Source of the DNA: Paramoeba atlantica
Lineage: Eukaryota > Protista > Discosea
Direction of reading: 5' to 3'
DNA length: 64,000 nucleotides
Assembly: GCA_977017575.1 (NCBI GenBank)
Contig: CDRNVI010000063.1
Location: 124,001-188,000 of the forward strand
Translations under genes and position numbers: made by a program
The notes under the pieces: generated by a model
Told to the model about the DNA's origin: nothing
What the model saw: only the letters and a program-made list of their open reading frames with translations
Database searches by the model: none
Shown here: positions 23,432 to 34,852 of the stretch, in pieces
How positions within the stretch are numbered: the first letter of the stretch is position 1
Layout of the letters: every line of letters starts with the position of its first letter

Positions 23432-23971
23432 TGACGGAGATACAAATTCCTATCCAAAATAAGTTTATGTGCGCGCTATTATACTCAAATTTTACACAGA
23501 TATTTTTTGTGGGGGTTTTCCATGTTTTGTTCGACGCTTCTACACTTTTTCCCCGCACTAGCTTCTTGTTGCATTAGTACGCACCCTCTTCTTCGTGTTT
23601 CACCATACACGACATTTACTTCATGTATTAATAATAAGAGCTACAACAATTAAACTTACAAATAATATTTTTTATTAAATATTTTAATATTTAATACATA
23701 CAGAACGTGTATGTACACGTTCTTCACATTTTCCATGCTGGCACACACGAACAGTCCCCCCGCCCCGGCCATCATCTCTGCTGAAAAGTACCATACGCTG
23801 TGCGACGTAAGATCAAAACACGCACAGGAGAGAAAGGCGCCGCGAAGCGGCGCAATTCTTTTTTCTTGGGGGGGGGGCGGCGGGTTCTCCCCTCTCTTAC
23901 CCCCCCCCCCCCCGCCCTTGAATATGCAGAAACCCCAAAAACGTGTGCATATTAAAGGGGGGGTCACAGTA

Positions 23972-24387
23972 ATAGAGAATAAGGCGTTTCGCTCTGTTAG
24001 TGCTCCCAAACCTCGATCAAAAAGGTTGTTCGCCCGCTGCACACTGATACTCTTCATGTTATATGGGCGCCCGAATTCAGAAATGAATATTGGATCGAAC
24101 CAAACAATGTCTTTCCAAAATTCCATGTTATGGTTTTTAGAAAGCCGGGCCATATGATGCTTCAGCGCTTCTTTTAAACCTTCAGGCCCGACTCCTTCCT
24201 CTGAATCCTCGAATACCTGTTCCAAAGTTTCGGCAACGTGCGTCGCTGTAGGTTTCCCATTGAGGTCAGAAAATTTGTTCAATGCAACGAAGAGAATATC
24301 GCATTCCTTTAAGAAGGTTAAGCACGAATTGCGAATATTTTCAACTCCGTAACGAACTAGAAGGCTTGAACAGTTCACAATAGACAT
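23972..24387 (-). pseudogene. hAT-like transposase middle part
   Basis: FSDLNGKPTATHV..HNMEFW..RANNLFD. It rejoins 20087 in frame (FSI-TDTEW) once the pogo and one TA are removed. Confidence 0.85.
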
Positions 24388-24614
24388 ATTATATAGGTCA
24401 TATTTAAAATATGACCTTCACTGTGTTAGCTTTCTAATAAAACCAGCGATTTAAATTGAAACTTGAGGATGACCATCCAAGTGGGTCCGGGGGTCCCGGA
24501 CCAGGGTCCGGACCAGCACGGACTTGGGTCCATGGACTCACATGGGTCCGGACCTGTCGGACCCGCAAAGGTATGACATATGGGATCCGTCCCCACACGC
24601 GAACGAATGTGAGT

Positions 24615-25073
24615 GATGGTGTGATGTGGGTCGTCACTATTTCCCGAATGTTTTTACTGCTGCACGACATTACTTATGGACGCCGCCGCTGGTCATCAAA
24701 TGTGATAGTGTCTTCCCTGACAGACACTGCCACATCACTGATAGTACTCTGTGTATCGCTGATAATTGGGCACTTGCAGCCAAACGTGTTGATATTGTCT
24801 CTGTAAAACAGTATCAATTCGCCGGTTACTTGCGACATGAATACGCCATATTGGGACCAGCAACAAGTCACATTTCGAGGCAACAAAATCTTCTCGGTGA
24901 AATTAATGATGACTCGGATGAAGCTGTCGCATGTCGGTCGTTCATACAGGATGGCATGCGTCGCCTACTTTCTGGTAGTAAAAATCCGCGGGACTGGATC
25001 ATGTTCTCCATGACCCGCCCATAAGAAGCGTATTTTCTACGCTGCAGTCGATGCAACAACGGCTCGCTGAATG
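24615..25073 (+). pseudogene. Chimera of a hAT C-terminal fragment and a DIRS-like RT/RNase H fragment
   Basis: YFPNVFTAARHYLWTPPLVIKCDS, then RT-like QYQFAGY, then HKKRIFYAAVDATT matching HKRVYFAAVDATP in the ORF at 1253. Confidence 0.55.
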
Positions 25074-25398
25074 ATTCTATTTTTTCTTCAAAAGCTCATC
25101 GAAACCTTTCAAGTAAAGTGGGTTCATAGAATGATGTTCTCGGTGTTCTGAGAACAAAGAACAGTTCTCAGAACAACATAGTATGACTTACGTCCGAAAA
25201 TTTAAAGCCAAAGTCAATGCATGTTTTGGTACGGATTTGCTTGGCGTACTCAATGGTAAGTTCATTCAGCTTTTCTCTTCGAGGTGGGGTGGGGCACATT
25301 CCACGGACAATTTTGTAACGAAATATTGGGTACTTTCTCCCTTTGTTCCGTGCACCACGCATCATAGCTTCTATCGTGCTTTCGAAGGTGCCTTTCTG

Positions 25399-26340
25399 CC
25401 GATATAAACCCCCCACAGCGAAAAGTCACCCCCCTCTAAATTTTCAGCCAAGTGTCCGTTTGAGCTGATTTTTGTTGCATTTTGCAGTTCCCAACACAAA
25501 GACTTTGCGCGTTAAAGCATGGAACCAAAACTCTCAAATGCGTGCATCCGATAGATGGATTATCACTTTCTTCACATTTTTCATGAAACCATTTCTCACA
25601 CTTTAACTAATTAAATATTCTCCTCCCATGAGGAAATCAATTATTTCTGTCCGTTTTTGCTGATTTTTGTTGCACACGAGAAATCTCGTTCTCCTAGCAA
25701 AGAGCTTTGCCACCACTTTTTAATATTGACCCACTTGTGCCCCCTGGCCGCGGAGTGTTTGCTTTCTCAAGTTAGTGTGGTGTGGCGATGCAAAAAAATA
25801 AAACCTAAAAATAATTTACATTTTTCAGTTTCTAAAATGATCTAAAAATGGTGGGAACGTGTAAATCTCAGAATTTTGAACGATAAAGTGATATCTTAAC
25901 CCCCTTAGGCCCCTTCAAGCAAAAAGTAAAGGGGACAGCTTAAAAAAGTTGATTTATCACCGTTTCAAGAAAGAACCAATCAAAGACAAATATTCCACCA
26001 CGTGACAAATTGAATGTTTGTTATCTGTTTTTCATCATTTTTGTTGCAATCGAGAGATCTTGTTCCCCTAGCGAAGATCTGTAACGCCATTTTCATGTTG
26101 ACCCCCTTCTTCCCCCCTGGTCGAGGAACATGAGATTTTTCAGGTAATATTGGTATGACTATGTAAAAACGTCATTAAAGAAATGAGTTTTAATTTGTTA
26201 TCTGTGAAGAGGTCTAAAAACAGCGGGAACGTGCAGATCTCAAAATTTTGAACGAAAAAGTGGTGCCGCAACCCCCCTAAGCCTCGTTGTACAAAACAAA
26301 GAGGGGGGTAACTTATTCGCTGTGGGGGGTTTATAATCGG
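25399..26340. mobile_element. Non-autonomous Tc1-related element (family S)
   Basis: Inverted ends CCGA(T)TATAAACCCCCCACAGCGA. Internal blocks are shared with 58320-58480, 59800-59870, 60990-61100 and 54190-54350. Confidence 0.6.
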
Positions 26341-26991
26341 TCTGCAGACCTCTTGCCGTCAAAAAACGTTTTTTGCTATTCTCAGGGCGCCAATTGCATT
26401 CCAACATCTGCTTGTCGCCCTCTGCATTAGCTACTTGAGCAAAGAATTCTTTACAAAAACTGCCCCGGGTGAGCTTTTCCATCGGAAAAAAGAGTATTGT
26501 GTATTGTATAGAGGCCTAATAATAAACTGTAATGAATACAGACGAATCAAAATCATGATGAAAGAAAATTCTGCGATTCTAAAGTATACGAAGAAAAAAA
26601 GTTTTTAAAAGTTTTTAGAAAAAAAATAAAGTAACTTTAAAGTACTTTCTTGAAAGTTTTAAAGTTTCCGCGAACCCTGAATATTACCAATTCCCCGTAT
26701 TTTTGCTCCCAGAGCAATAAATGCGATACTTTCGCACAAGAAATCATTCCTTCGCAGAAACGAAGGACTTCAGAACGTAGTGGGAACATAACACGACTCC
26801 AACCAACTCAAAATTCTGAACGAATAAAGAGCTGTATAAATTTCAGGGGTTGCTTACAACCTCTGCCTCTCCCTTCTTTATGGTGTCCGGGATAGGATGT
26901 ATCGAGGAGGGTGGAAAGGGGGGTCTAGCCCCCTTTATACTCGATTTGGGCGCATATCGCTGTGCTTAAGAACGTAGGCCTCGGGATTCGA

Positions 26992-27064
26992 GCCCAGGTA
27001 GTCCAGCTTATAAGGCATACCGCTCATAATCTGGCGGTCGCAGGTTCGACTCCCGGTGGTGTTA
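26992..27064 (+). tRNA. tRNA-Met(CAT)-shaped pseudogene or Pol III element with eroded stems
   Basis: Canonical spacing: T8 A9 G10 A14, loop CTCATAA, 5-nt variable loop, B box GGTTCGACTCC, T-run at 27067. Acceptor and anticodon stems barely pair and the D-loop GG is absent. Confidence 0.5.
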
Positions 27065-27862
27065 CATTTTTCGCGGGCCTGAGCCATACGCGGCGTCGTT
27101 AGCGGGAAACAATTTGCAAAGCCCCGTTTACCAACAACCACCGTTTTTTAACGAAGCAACTACCGCCACGACATTCATTCAGCTCGCGCGGTGTACTGGA
27201 GCCTAAATGTATCTAAAGGTGGCCTTTTTTGATCTAAACTTTCAGCACGCACCCGGACGCACCCGCTCGTACCGAGCCCAAATATTTAACGTGAATTTTT
27301 ATCTGTTTTTGCTCATCTTTGCAGCATTCGAGAGATCTCGTTTTCCTAGCGAAGGGCTTTGCCGCCCTTTTTTCATAGGGACCCCCTAGGTCCAAAAACA
27401 TGGTTTTTTGATACCATTTTTCCGGAACGCACCCATTTTTTTTTACATTTTTTTGTGTTTTATGAAATTATGTCCTTCGCATTTTTGCTCGTTTTAATCG
27501 CGTTTGATGAATCTCGTTCTCATAGCGAATAGTCTTGCTGCATTTCTTTCTTAGTGGCTCCTTAGAGTTAATAATGGACAGTTTGTTAATAAAATTTAAT
27601 AGATGATTTGTTTTGAAATAATGCCCCACTTTTCAATAATAGATATAATGAACGTTTCATCTATTATTAGCAGTCGGCCTTTTAGGCTTGTTTCCTACGA
27701 TTATCCCCACGAATAGCCCCACTTTTCATGAAAAAATCTCCTTGAAAGATGATTTTCGCATAAGTTTCCCGTTAGGGAAGCTGCGAAAAAAGAGAAAAAG
27801 CAATTCTTGTTAATAATAGATGAATGTTAATAATAGGTGAAATAATAATACCATTGTTAGTA

Positions 27863-28632
27863 CTCCCCCCTCCATAAGTAATTATAAGTAATTTTTTTTT
27901 TGGAATTTATAATTATAATTATAATTATAATTACTTATGGATGTGAACCTAGTGAACCTGGAGAGGGGTAAAAATTGGAATTTCACACTAATACTCTTCA
28001 TGATGATTTTAGACAGGGCGGGCGAGGAGGCAGCAGACAGGGCGGGCGAGGAGAGCGACAAAGCGGGCGTGCGAAACAAGGGGGGTCTTCCTCTCGGGGT
28101 GAAGGGGGGCATGGGGGGGTAAAATTAAGTTATCCAGTTATATATCAGTTATCCAGTTTACCGGTGAAACGGTTAAGGATAAAAGTAATTAAGGCAGAAC
28201 GGATTTAAAAATTAATTATTGCCTTAATTAAAGTTGCCTTAATTAAAGTGGCGCTGATAAAAGCCCAAAACAGTTCTTATTTAAATATTGTCGTTTGTAG
28301 CATAAACATCGCATTTCTGCTAAAAATGCTCAATTTCTGGTCATTTTTCATGTTTTTCGAACTTTTCTAGACGAGCTTCGCCCGTTTCGCCTACCTTTAC
28401 GGTCTTCAACCAGTTCAACGTGTGAGAGAAAATCTAAAACGATCATTGAAAGGAGAAGTCTGAGACGGAATCATGAAATCAATTTTTCTCAATTTTTCCC
28501 CCAAAATGACGAAAAATTATTTATTGCCTTAATTTATTTATAATTACTTATGAAAGGTATAGGAATCATAAGTCACGAGGGAGTAAAAGTGCTAGTTCGA
28601 GGTGTACTTATAATTACTTATGGAGGGGGGAG
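27863..28632. mobile_element. Stowaway-like MITE, 28-bp perfect TIR, TA TSD
   Basis: TA-CTCCCCCCTCCATAAGTAATTATAAGTA ... TACTTATAATTACTTATGGAGGGGGGAG-TA. Confidence 0.88.
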
Positions 28633-29233
28633 TAATAGGTGATTGTTAATAATAGATGAACCCCCTCTTTATGTACATGTACTTGTAATCGTTTTTTAAA
28701 AGTTATCATCAAAAGTTCCCAACATGTATCTTATTGATATAAGCCCTCTTTTGTATGTAACGCGTACATTACTATAAGCAGTCCAAACGAGATATCTCGT
28801 ATGGGGCACACTTGCTCTCCCCAGGAGAGGCAAACAAATCACCTCCGCCTAGGCATCGGAGTGCGTGAACTCCGAGCGGTACTTGCTACCGGTAAACGAG
28901 CAGAGGGACTTTCCTCGGAGTGCGTGTGAAACTTAAAAATAAGCTTCAGAGACATCAACACCTGAAGAAAGTTGTTTCGTCTCGTTGCCTCACTCCGTGC
29001 ACGTACAAGATAACTTTGACGGGTAACTTTAAGTCGAGCGCACGGAAACAAATTCCGAGCTCAACTGATGTAATCATGTAGATAAGAATGTGAGTCACGG
29101 ATGAAAGAGTCTAAAAGAATTTTTAATTATTCCCCCTGTTTAATAGGGCTCCGATTTTAGGCAAAATGCCCTATTAAAGAGGGGGTACATGCAAAATTTT
29201 GTGAAAAAAAGTTTTACTATTCAGTTGATCAGT

Positions 29234-30037
29234 CTACTTTAATTTCTCGAAGGCTCGTTCCAGAAAAAACTCTGTTTCATCATAAAAGCGTATGCCCACG
29301 TTCTCCGCGAATTTGCGGTCTGAGTCAGAAAAATCTCTTGCTCGACCAGCGGCATCCCCTACATAAAAACTTTGATGGTAACAAAGTTTGATATTATCTC
29401 TACGAAACAATGATTCTAAGAATAACCACATGCTCTTCTCCGGTTTTCGATAAGATGAAACCTTTTCGGTTGCAACGAGGGCCTGTATAGGAAGAACGCG
29501 TTCCTCTCCTTTTATCGGTGACGAAACACCGGATTCCAAAATCTCAGATTGTACTTTATCAATGAACCCTTTTATGCGCGTCTTAACCTTTGCGACTTGT
29601 TGTGCCCGCGTTTTCGTGGCTCGTCCAATCCCACTTTGATTGGAGAGAATGACTATGGTGTATCCCTTGTCATGTAGAAGCTGTAATGCTTGCACGGTTT
29701 CCGTTGGAAATCGAACGCTCCAGGCATCGGGAGCGGAATTGTATAAAGAAGTCTGTGCTAAACAGCCGTCAAAATCAAAAGCAGCTATTGGGCGTGTTCT
29801 CTGTGTGTTCGATGTAGATACTTGTAGCTGGTAACACATAAGTTCGCCTTGAGCATACCATGCCCAGTTGTCATTGTCACGCTGACAAGGTTGCAAGATA
29901 CTTTGTTGAGTGTGGGGACTACTTAATGTAGGAGATTGGTGGAAGAATCGCAAAGGCATGGTTTTTTTTGCTACAGAAAGACTGCTTTTTCTAGCTTTCG
30001 GAAGTTGCGTATTTCCTGAATTGATGGTTCTTTTCAT
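29234..30037 (-). CDS. DNA 3'-phosphatase (PNKP phosphatase domain only, HAD fold)
   Basis: AAFDFDGCL, ILSNQSGI, RKPEKSMW and SFYVGDAAGRARDFSDSDRKFAENVGI. Confidence 0.88.
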   Translation of the reverse strand: MKRTINSGNTQLPKARKSSLSVAKKTMPLRFFHQSPTLSSPHTQQSILQPCQRDNDNWAWYAQGELMCYQLQVSTSNTQRTRPIAAFDFDGCLAQTSLYNSAPDAWSVRFPTETVQALQLLHDKGYTIVILSNQSGIGRATKTRAQQVAKVKTRIKGFIDKVQSEILESGVSSPIKGEERVLPIQALVATEKVSSYRKPEKSMWLFLESLFRRDNIKLCYHQSFYVGDAAGRARDFSDSDRKFAENVGIRFYDETEFFLERAFEKLK

Positions 30038-30061
30038 TTGAATAGCAGCCTCAGAGAAACT

Positions 30062-30126
30062 TTACCACCTATCTCAATATTACCACCTATCTCAATATTA
30101 CCACCTATCTCAATATTACCACCTAT
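30062..30126. repeat. 18-bp perfect tandem repeat, about 3.6 copies
   Basis: TTACCACCTATCTCAATA units. Confidence 0.95.
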
Positions 30127-30570
30127 TAGTAGAATCTATGCAATACATGATTTTAATGAGATGCAAATACAGTGACCTTCACTCCTTTTTATTAGTTAGG
30201 TTTCTTTCAAATTCTTAAAGATCTTTGCGTACATTATCGGAAAAAATGGTTCTTTAGGCAGAAAACCACATTTTCAGCCGTTATTTACAAAGTTAGTGTC
30301 ATGAGGTTATTTTTGGTTACACTAGAGTGTAGGATTGTCATTTTGCTTTTGAAAATTTGAGTACCACCTCCCACATCGTAAAGAGAAATTGCTTCGCAAA
30401 AAGTAATTAAAACCCTGCACCCTAAAAAAGGATTTCGCAAACGTACCAGAACTCCCTCATAAGCAGGGGGGGGGTATAGAACGTCATTTGAAAATGGAGT
30501 ACTCCGTTGTAATCTAAACCGTACTTCGTTGTATTCTGGACTAACTACGAGATGTTGATTCACCATTGAT

Positions 30571-32295
30571 TCAATAGTACCATGCGATTTGAGTCCGTTG
30601 AAGTCCTAAAACAATTTCATCGGGAAGTAATTTTTCATTCACATGTCCATGAAGGTGTGGATTGTCGTCTAGATTTAATGTACACAAATATTTGGGCAGT
30701 GCAGTCAGCTGTACACTCCCTTCAAAGGAATTGTTATTCAACATAAGAGCACTCAACTGGGGGCTTAACTTTGTTAGATCAGGTGTCCCAGTAAAGTTAT
30801 TGTGACCGAGATTGAGAACTGTGATACCGTAGGGCAGATCTTGTAAATCTATCGGACCTGAAAAGTTATTGTGCTCGACATTGAAATGAGTTATCGAATC
30901 AGAAAGAGTATTGAGGTCAAGAGTACCATGCAGTTGATTATGAGCCATTCGGAATGTATGCAGTGAGTGCGGGATTGACCCTAATTCCAGCAAGCCCGAG
31001 AAAGCGTTTTCACTGAGGTCAATCACTTTCAAGGATTCTGGAACACTACTCATATCCAGATTTCCAGATAGTTTGTTGTTATTCAAGTAGAGAGCCGATA
31101 AAGTACATGGTAAAGTAGAAAACTCGATATTTTTGATATCGTTATAGGAAAGATCTACAGTTCTCAGATCCTGTGGTAGGTCTTGTAGATCTAGTATTTC
31201 GACGAAAGCGTTTCTGCTGAGATCAAGCTTCGTAATATCGGGTGGCAACTGACCTAAACTAAGACTTCCAGTAAATGAATTGTTGTGTGCTTCGAATTCA
31301 AGTAGACCCTCAGGAAGCGTGCTAAGATTAAGTTTTCCGTGAAATCTGTTGCTCGATAATTTCAATTCTGTCAATGACGCGGGTAACTTATCAAGAAAGA
31401 GTCTTCCAGATAAGGAATTGTGCTCCACTTTGAGTGCAGTTAAATGGTTCGGTAACATGCTGAGATCCAGCTCCCCAGAAAGATTGTTGTATGATGTGTT
31501 AAAATGATCCAATCCTTCTGGGAGCATACTTAAGTCCAAAGTATTTTCGAAAAGATTGGTGGTTAGCGTCAAGTCCTGCAGGGCAGTAGGAAGATGCCCA
31601 AGACTTAGGGAACCCGTCAGAAGGTTCATGCCGAGATCTAAGCTCATTAAGGATGTGGGTAACTCACGAAGATTAATTGCTCCTTCAAATCTATTGTTAT
31701 ATGCAGCAAAGCATTCAAGGCTCAGGGGTAAATCGTTCATTTGAATTTCCCCACTAAACAAGTTTAATTCCAGCTTCAGCACCTTTAGCATCGAAGGCAA
31801 ACGAGTGAAATCTATTCCGCCTTCAAATTGGTTATTGGAGAAATCTATAAAAGTTAAATTCTGCGGTAAAACACTTAGATCCGGCCTGCCGGAAAACCCG
31901 TTGCCTTCCACGGAGAGCACTGTCACACTTCTAGGAACGTATTCCAAGTGCAATTCACCCGTCATTCCTATGATAGAGCTCTCCGAGTCCCACTCAATGC
32001 GCTCTACTTCGCCGTTCGTGTTGCAATGTATGCCTTCCCACTCACAGGCAGGTGTTGCTACTTTCCAGGAGGAGTGCTGATTGATTGTTTCCGATATGAG
32101 TCTTTCTAGTTCGTATTCTTGTGGTAAAAGAGCGCCTCGAATCTTTCCGGTGCGAGAATAAATTCTTTGCTTGTTAAGCATTTCTTTACTCGAAGTGCTT
32201 TGGTGTGTCTTTCGACGCTTTGTAGGAGGCTGTTGATCGTCACAGACGCAAATTGAAATTGCCATTCTGAACATAGAAATTAATAAATGATGCAC
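30571..32295 (-). CDS. Long leucine-rich repeat protein (likely start 32274 or 32265)
   Basis: PTKRRK, RTGKIRGALLPQEYEL, TPACEWEGIHC cap and many LP..L..L.L..N.F.G repeats. Confidence 0.9.
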   Translation of the reverse strand: MHHLLISMFRMAISICVCDDQQPPTKRRKTHQSTSSKEMLNKQRIYSRTGKIRGALLPQEYELERLISETINQHSSWKVATPACEWEGIHCNTNGEVERIEWDSESSIIGMTGELHLEYVPRSVTVLSVEGNGFSGRPDLSVLPQNLTFIDFSNNQFEGGIDFTRLPSMLKVLKLELNLFSGEIQMNDLPLSLECFAAYNNRFEGAINLRELPTSLMSLDLGMNLLTGSLSLGHLPTALQDLTLTTNLFENTLDLSMLPEGLDHFNTSYNNLSGELDLSMLPNHLTALKVEHNSLSGRLFLDKLPASLTELKLSSNRFHGKLNLSTLPEGLLEFEAHNNSFTGSLSLGQLPPDITKLDLSRNAFVEILDLQDLPQDLRTVDLSYNDIKNIEFSTLPCTLSALYLNNNKLSGNLDMSSVPESLKVIDLSENAFSGLLELGSIPHSLHTFRMAHNQLHGTLDLNTLSDSITHFNVEHNNFSGPIDLQDLPYGITVLNLGHNNFTGTPDLTKLSPQLSALMLNNNSFEGSVQLTALPKYLCTLNLDDNPHLHGHVNEKLLPDEIVLGLQRTQIAWYY

Positions 32296-32789
32296 CCTCG
32301 CTAATTAATTTTTAGAACTACATTTTATAGAATTATAAAAGTCGAAAATCATCCGTTTATAAAAATAAATTTATATTAGCGGAGGTATAGAGGGGGGGGG
32401 GCACGCGTCTGTGGTGATCGGCAGAATATGGCAGAAATGGGCAGTAATCTGCTGTTAACGAGTACTGCAGCGGAGAAAAAGAGTCCCATGTGGAAAACAA
32501 ATCGGTGCCGCTTCGTGACGTAAGTCCTCAGTAACTTAAGCGTGACATCCAGTATGTACTTTGTGCTAAAAAAACAGTTCTTCGCTAAAAATGTACGAAA
32601 ATTATGTTAGATGTGTGTTAAAAGTCTTAAATTTTTAGTATTTGCCTTGTTTTGATTGCAGTTCGAGAGCTTACTTCAGCACATGATTTCTTTTTTACGT
32701 GCACCAAGCAACACACCATGATACGTGATGAGGTCGAGGATTGGCTTTGCAATCCCTTCCTCGCGAAGCGTCACCCGGCATGCAACATA

Positions 32790-33397
32790 GTCGTCGTAGG
32801 TCCAAACATTAAAAAACAAAATTGAAAAAAATGGGGGGTCCAGGGGGCGCATATGCTCTTTAAAAAATTTATGGTTCGAAATCCAGCGAAGAGAAGTGTT
32901 AGTACGCAGCGGCGATAATTCCCCCCCCCCCCCCACCCCCACTTGGGGGTGACCCCCCCTGGTACGCGCAGGAGGGCCTCGGCAAGTTCGAAATTCCAAA
33001 AGAAATCCAAAAGAAAAGTAAAAATATTATTTTTCCAAAATCGACTCCTAAAACATACAGGGGTGCGAATCTAAAGGTGGGGGGGTCTAAAATTCGTAAA
33101 AGTTGTCCAATTTTGGAAAATAATAAGAGTTTGGGCTACCATTCTACGACGGTTTTTTCGTCAGGTGCGCCTCCTACCCCTACTGGTAAGGCATCAAAGG
33201 CAGCCCAAATTTGGGTCAAAATTTCGTTTTTTTGGCCCAAAAATCGGGCATTTCACCCAAATTGTACAAAAAATTGTATTATTCGTGATCTTTTTGTCAA
33301 TTTTTCTTTTTTAGTCGCTTCATTAAACGCGGAGGTAGTTTTCAACTCGAAGCCCGCAGCATGAGTGACTTCTACGTTGAAAACAACCACCGCGTTT
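32790..33397 (-). repeat. Diverged family R relative ending in the hairpin (33303-33397)
   Basis: Shares the GGGGGTGACCCCCC block, GCAAGTTCG and the hairpin arms and loop. Confidence 0.65.
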
Positions 33398-33979
33398 TTT
33401 TATCACATAATACCGGAGGGGTATATAACCACCAAATCAAAAAAAGCTTTTCACACAAAAAAAGCGCGCCGCTTCGCGGCGCGGGGTAGGTTCCAAAAAT
33501 AAAGTACGCCTCAAAAGGACGAAACCCTTGCAATCGGCAGAATATGGCAGAATAGTGCCGCATTGGCGGTGACCCCCTCTCATAGTACTTGGTAAATAGC
33601 AGATAACTTTTCTAGTTAAATAGAACCGAATTTAAACAATTTTTGAAGCTCATCAAGACTGCTATTAACTAAGGGATTTTCTAGGCGAAAGAAATTTACC
33701 CAGACATAACTTTCATACTCTTATAAGGTGGAATTCAAGGAAGATTGCACACTTTTTGAAAAAAAAAGGTAATATCTGTTTTTTCTGAACAAAAATTGTA
33801 CAGAAAAGCATCTTATGAAGTGATATACTTATTGCTACTCACTAAGAACATTTTTTTCTCGCTTTTCTTGTACTATTTCAATGGTCTGCTCTGGATGCCC
33901 CGACACGAGATGCGCAGAGCAGTTGGCTTTAACGGACGTGGGTGCTTGGAATGATACAAGTGCTCTTATGTAATTAAAA

Positions 33980-34292
33980 TGTCATACAAAATTTGGCGGA
34001 CACGACCCGAGATGCGAAACTAAAACAAATGTTTGTGATTTCCGCACCTGATAGGAGAGCGGAAACGTTGGTACCAATTGTTGAAGAAATGGCTCGTGGA
34101 CCCTGTTGTCGCATCTCGACCGATGGAGCACGCCACAACCAGACAGGTTTCTCAGGCAAGTACCGCTGGATCCAAGTAGTCCATCGGAATGAATGTGTAA
34201 CACCAGAAGGTGTGCACACAAATACCGTTGAGGGAGGCAATTCGATGCCCAAAAAGTACGGAGAAAAGGGAAAAGTGTGCAATCTTCCTTGA
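33980..34292 (+). pseudogene. Merlin/IS1595 transposase fragment
   Basis: DRRAETLVPIV, ISTDG and VVHRNECVTPEGVHTNTVEG. Confidence 0.8.
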
Positions 34293-34446
34293 ATGTAACC
34301 TCTTATAATAATATTTTCTCAAAACACATAGAGTCATGCTATATCTTTCTTAACGTCGATTTCTTAACCTTCGATTTACTAGCTACTAATTTGGGCGGGG
34401 GCTTTAGGCCTTGCCATGCAGGTGGAATGCCTTCCTGTAGGTGCAA

Positions 34447-34852
34447 CATACCCCTTCCGGGTCGATGGGTAATTACCCATTAGCGGGTCTGTGCGGGTAA
34501 ATTACCCGGGTCTGTGACCCAGTTACCCGCACCGACCCACACAGACCCGCATCGGCGCACTAGCCATTAAATACAAAATGATTTCCTCTCAAGTGTGCTG
34601 ATTCGTAGGATTGGCACGGAATGCTCTATGTACAGAAACGGTATCTTTAGCGATGAGGAATTCCTTCCATAAGAAGAATTCCTTCTACTGATTTGCTTGT
34701 GTCGCCCATCTATTTTTTTTTTTTTGGTGTGAACCCCCTAGGCCCACCGGAAGCCTACCCCCTAACACTGCAATGGTACCAATTTTTTCTATTTTTTTTG
34801 GCCAGTCGAGTTTACCCTCGAGTCTTAGCAAACTAAGGTGAAACTATAAAGA
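34447..34852 (-). mobile_element. Probable 3' end of the minus-strand hAT copy (continues at 37795)
   Basis: CATACCCCTTCCGGGTCGATGGGTAATTACCC is a variant of the family TIR, followed by ATTACCC subterminal motifs. Confidence 0.6.

Larger units (their letters stand above)
20090..23969 (+). mobile_element. Pogo-like DNA transposon, copy 1, TA TSD
   Basis: TIR CTGTGACCC(T/C)CCC(C)TTTAATATGCAC at both ends. TA at 20088-89 and 23970-71. Confidence 0.92.

Noticed and set aside
30062-30126. CRISPR-like array (also 6551-6656)
   Set aside because: The units are contiguous with no spacers, the context is eukaryotic, and no cas genes are present.
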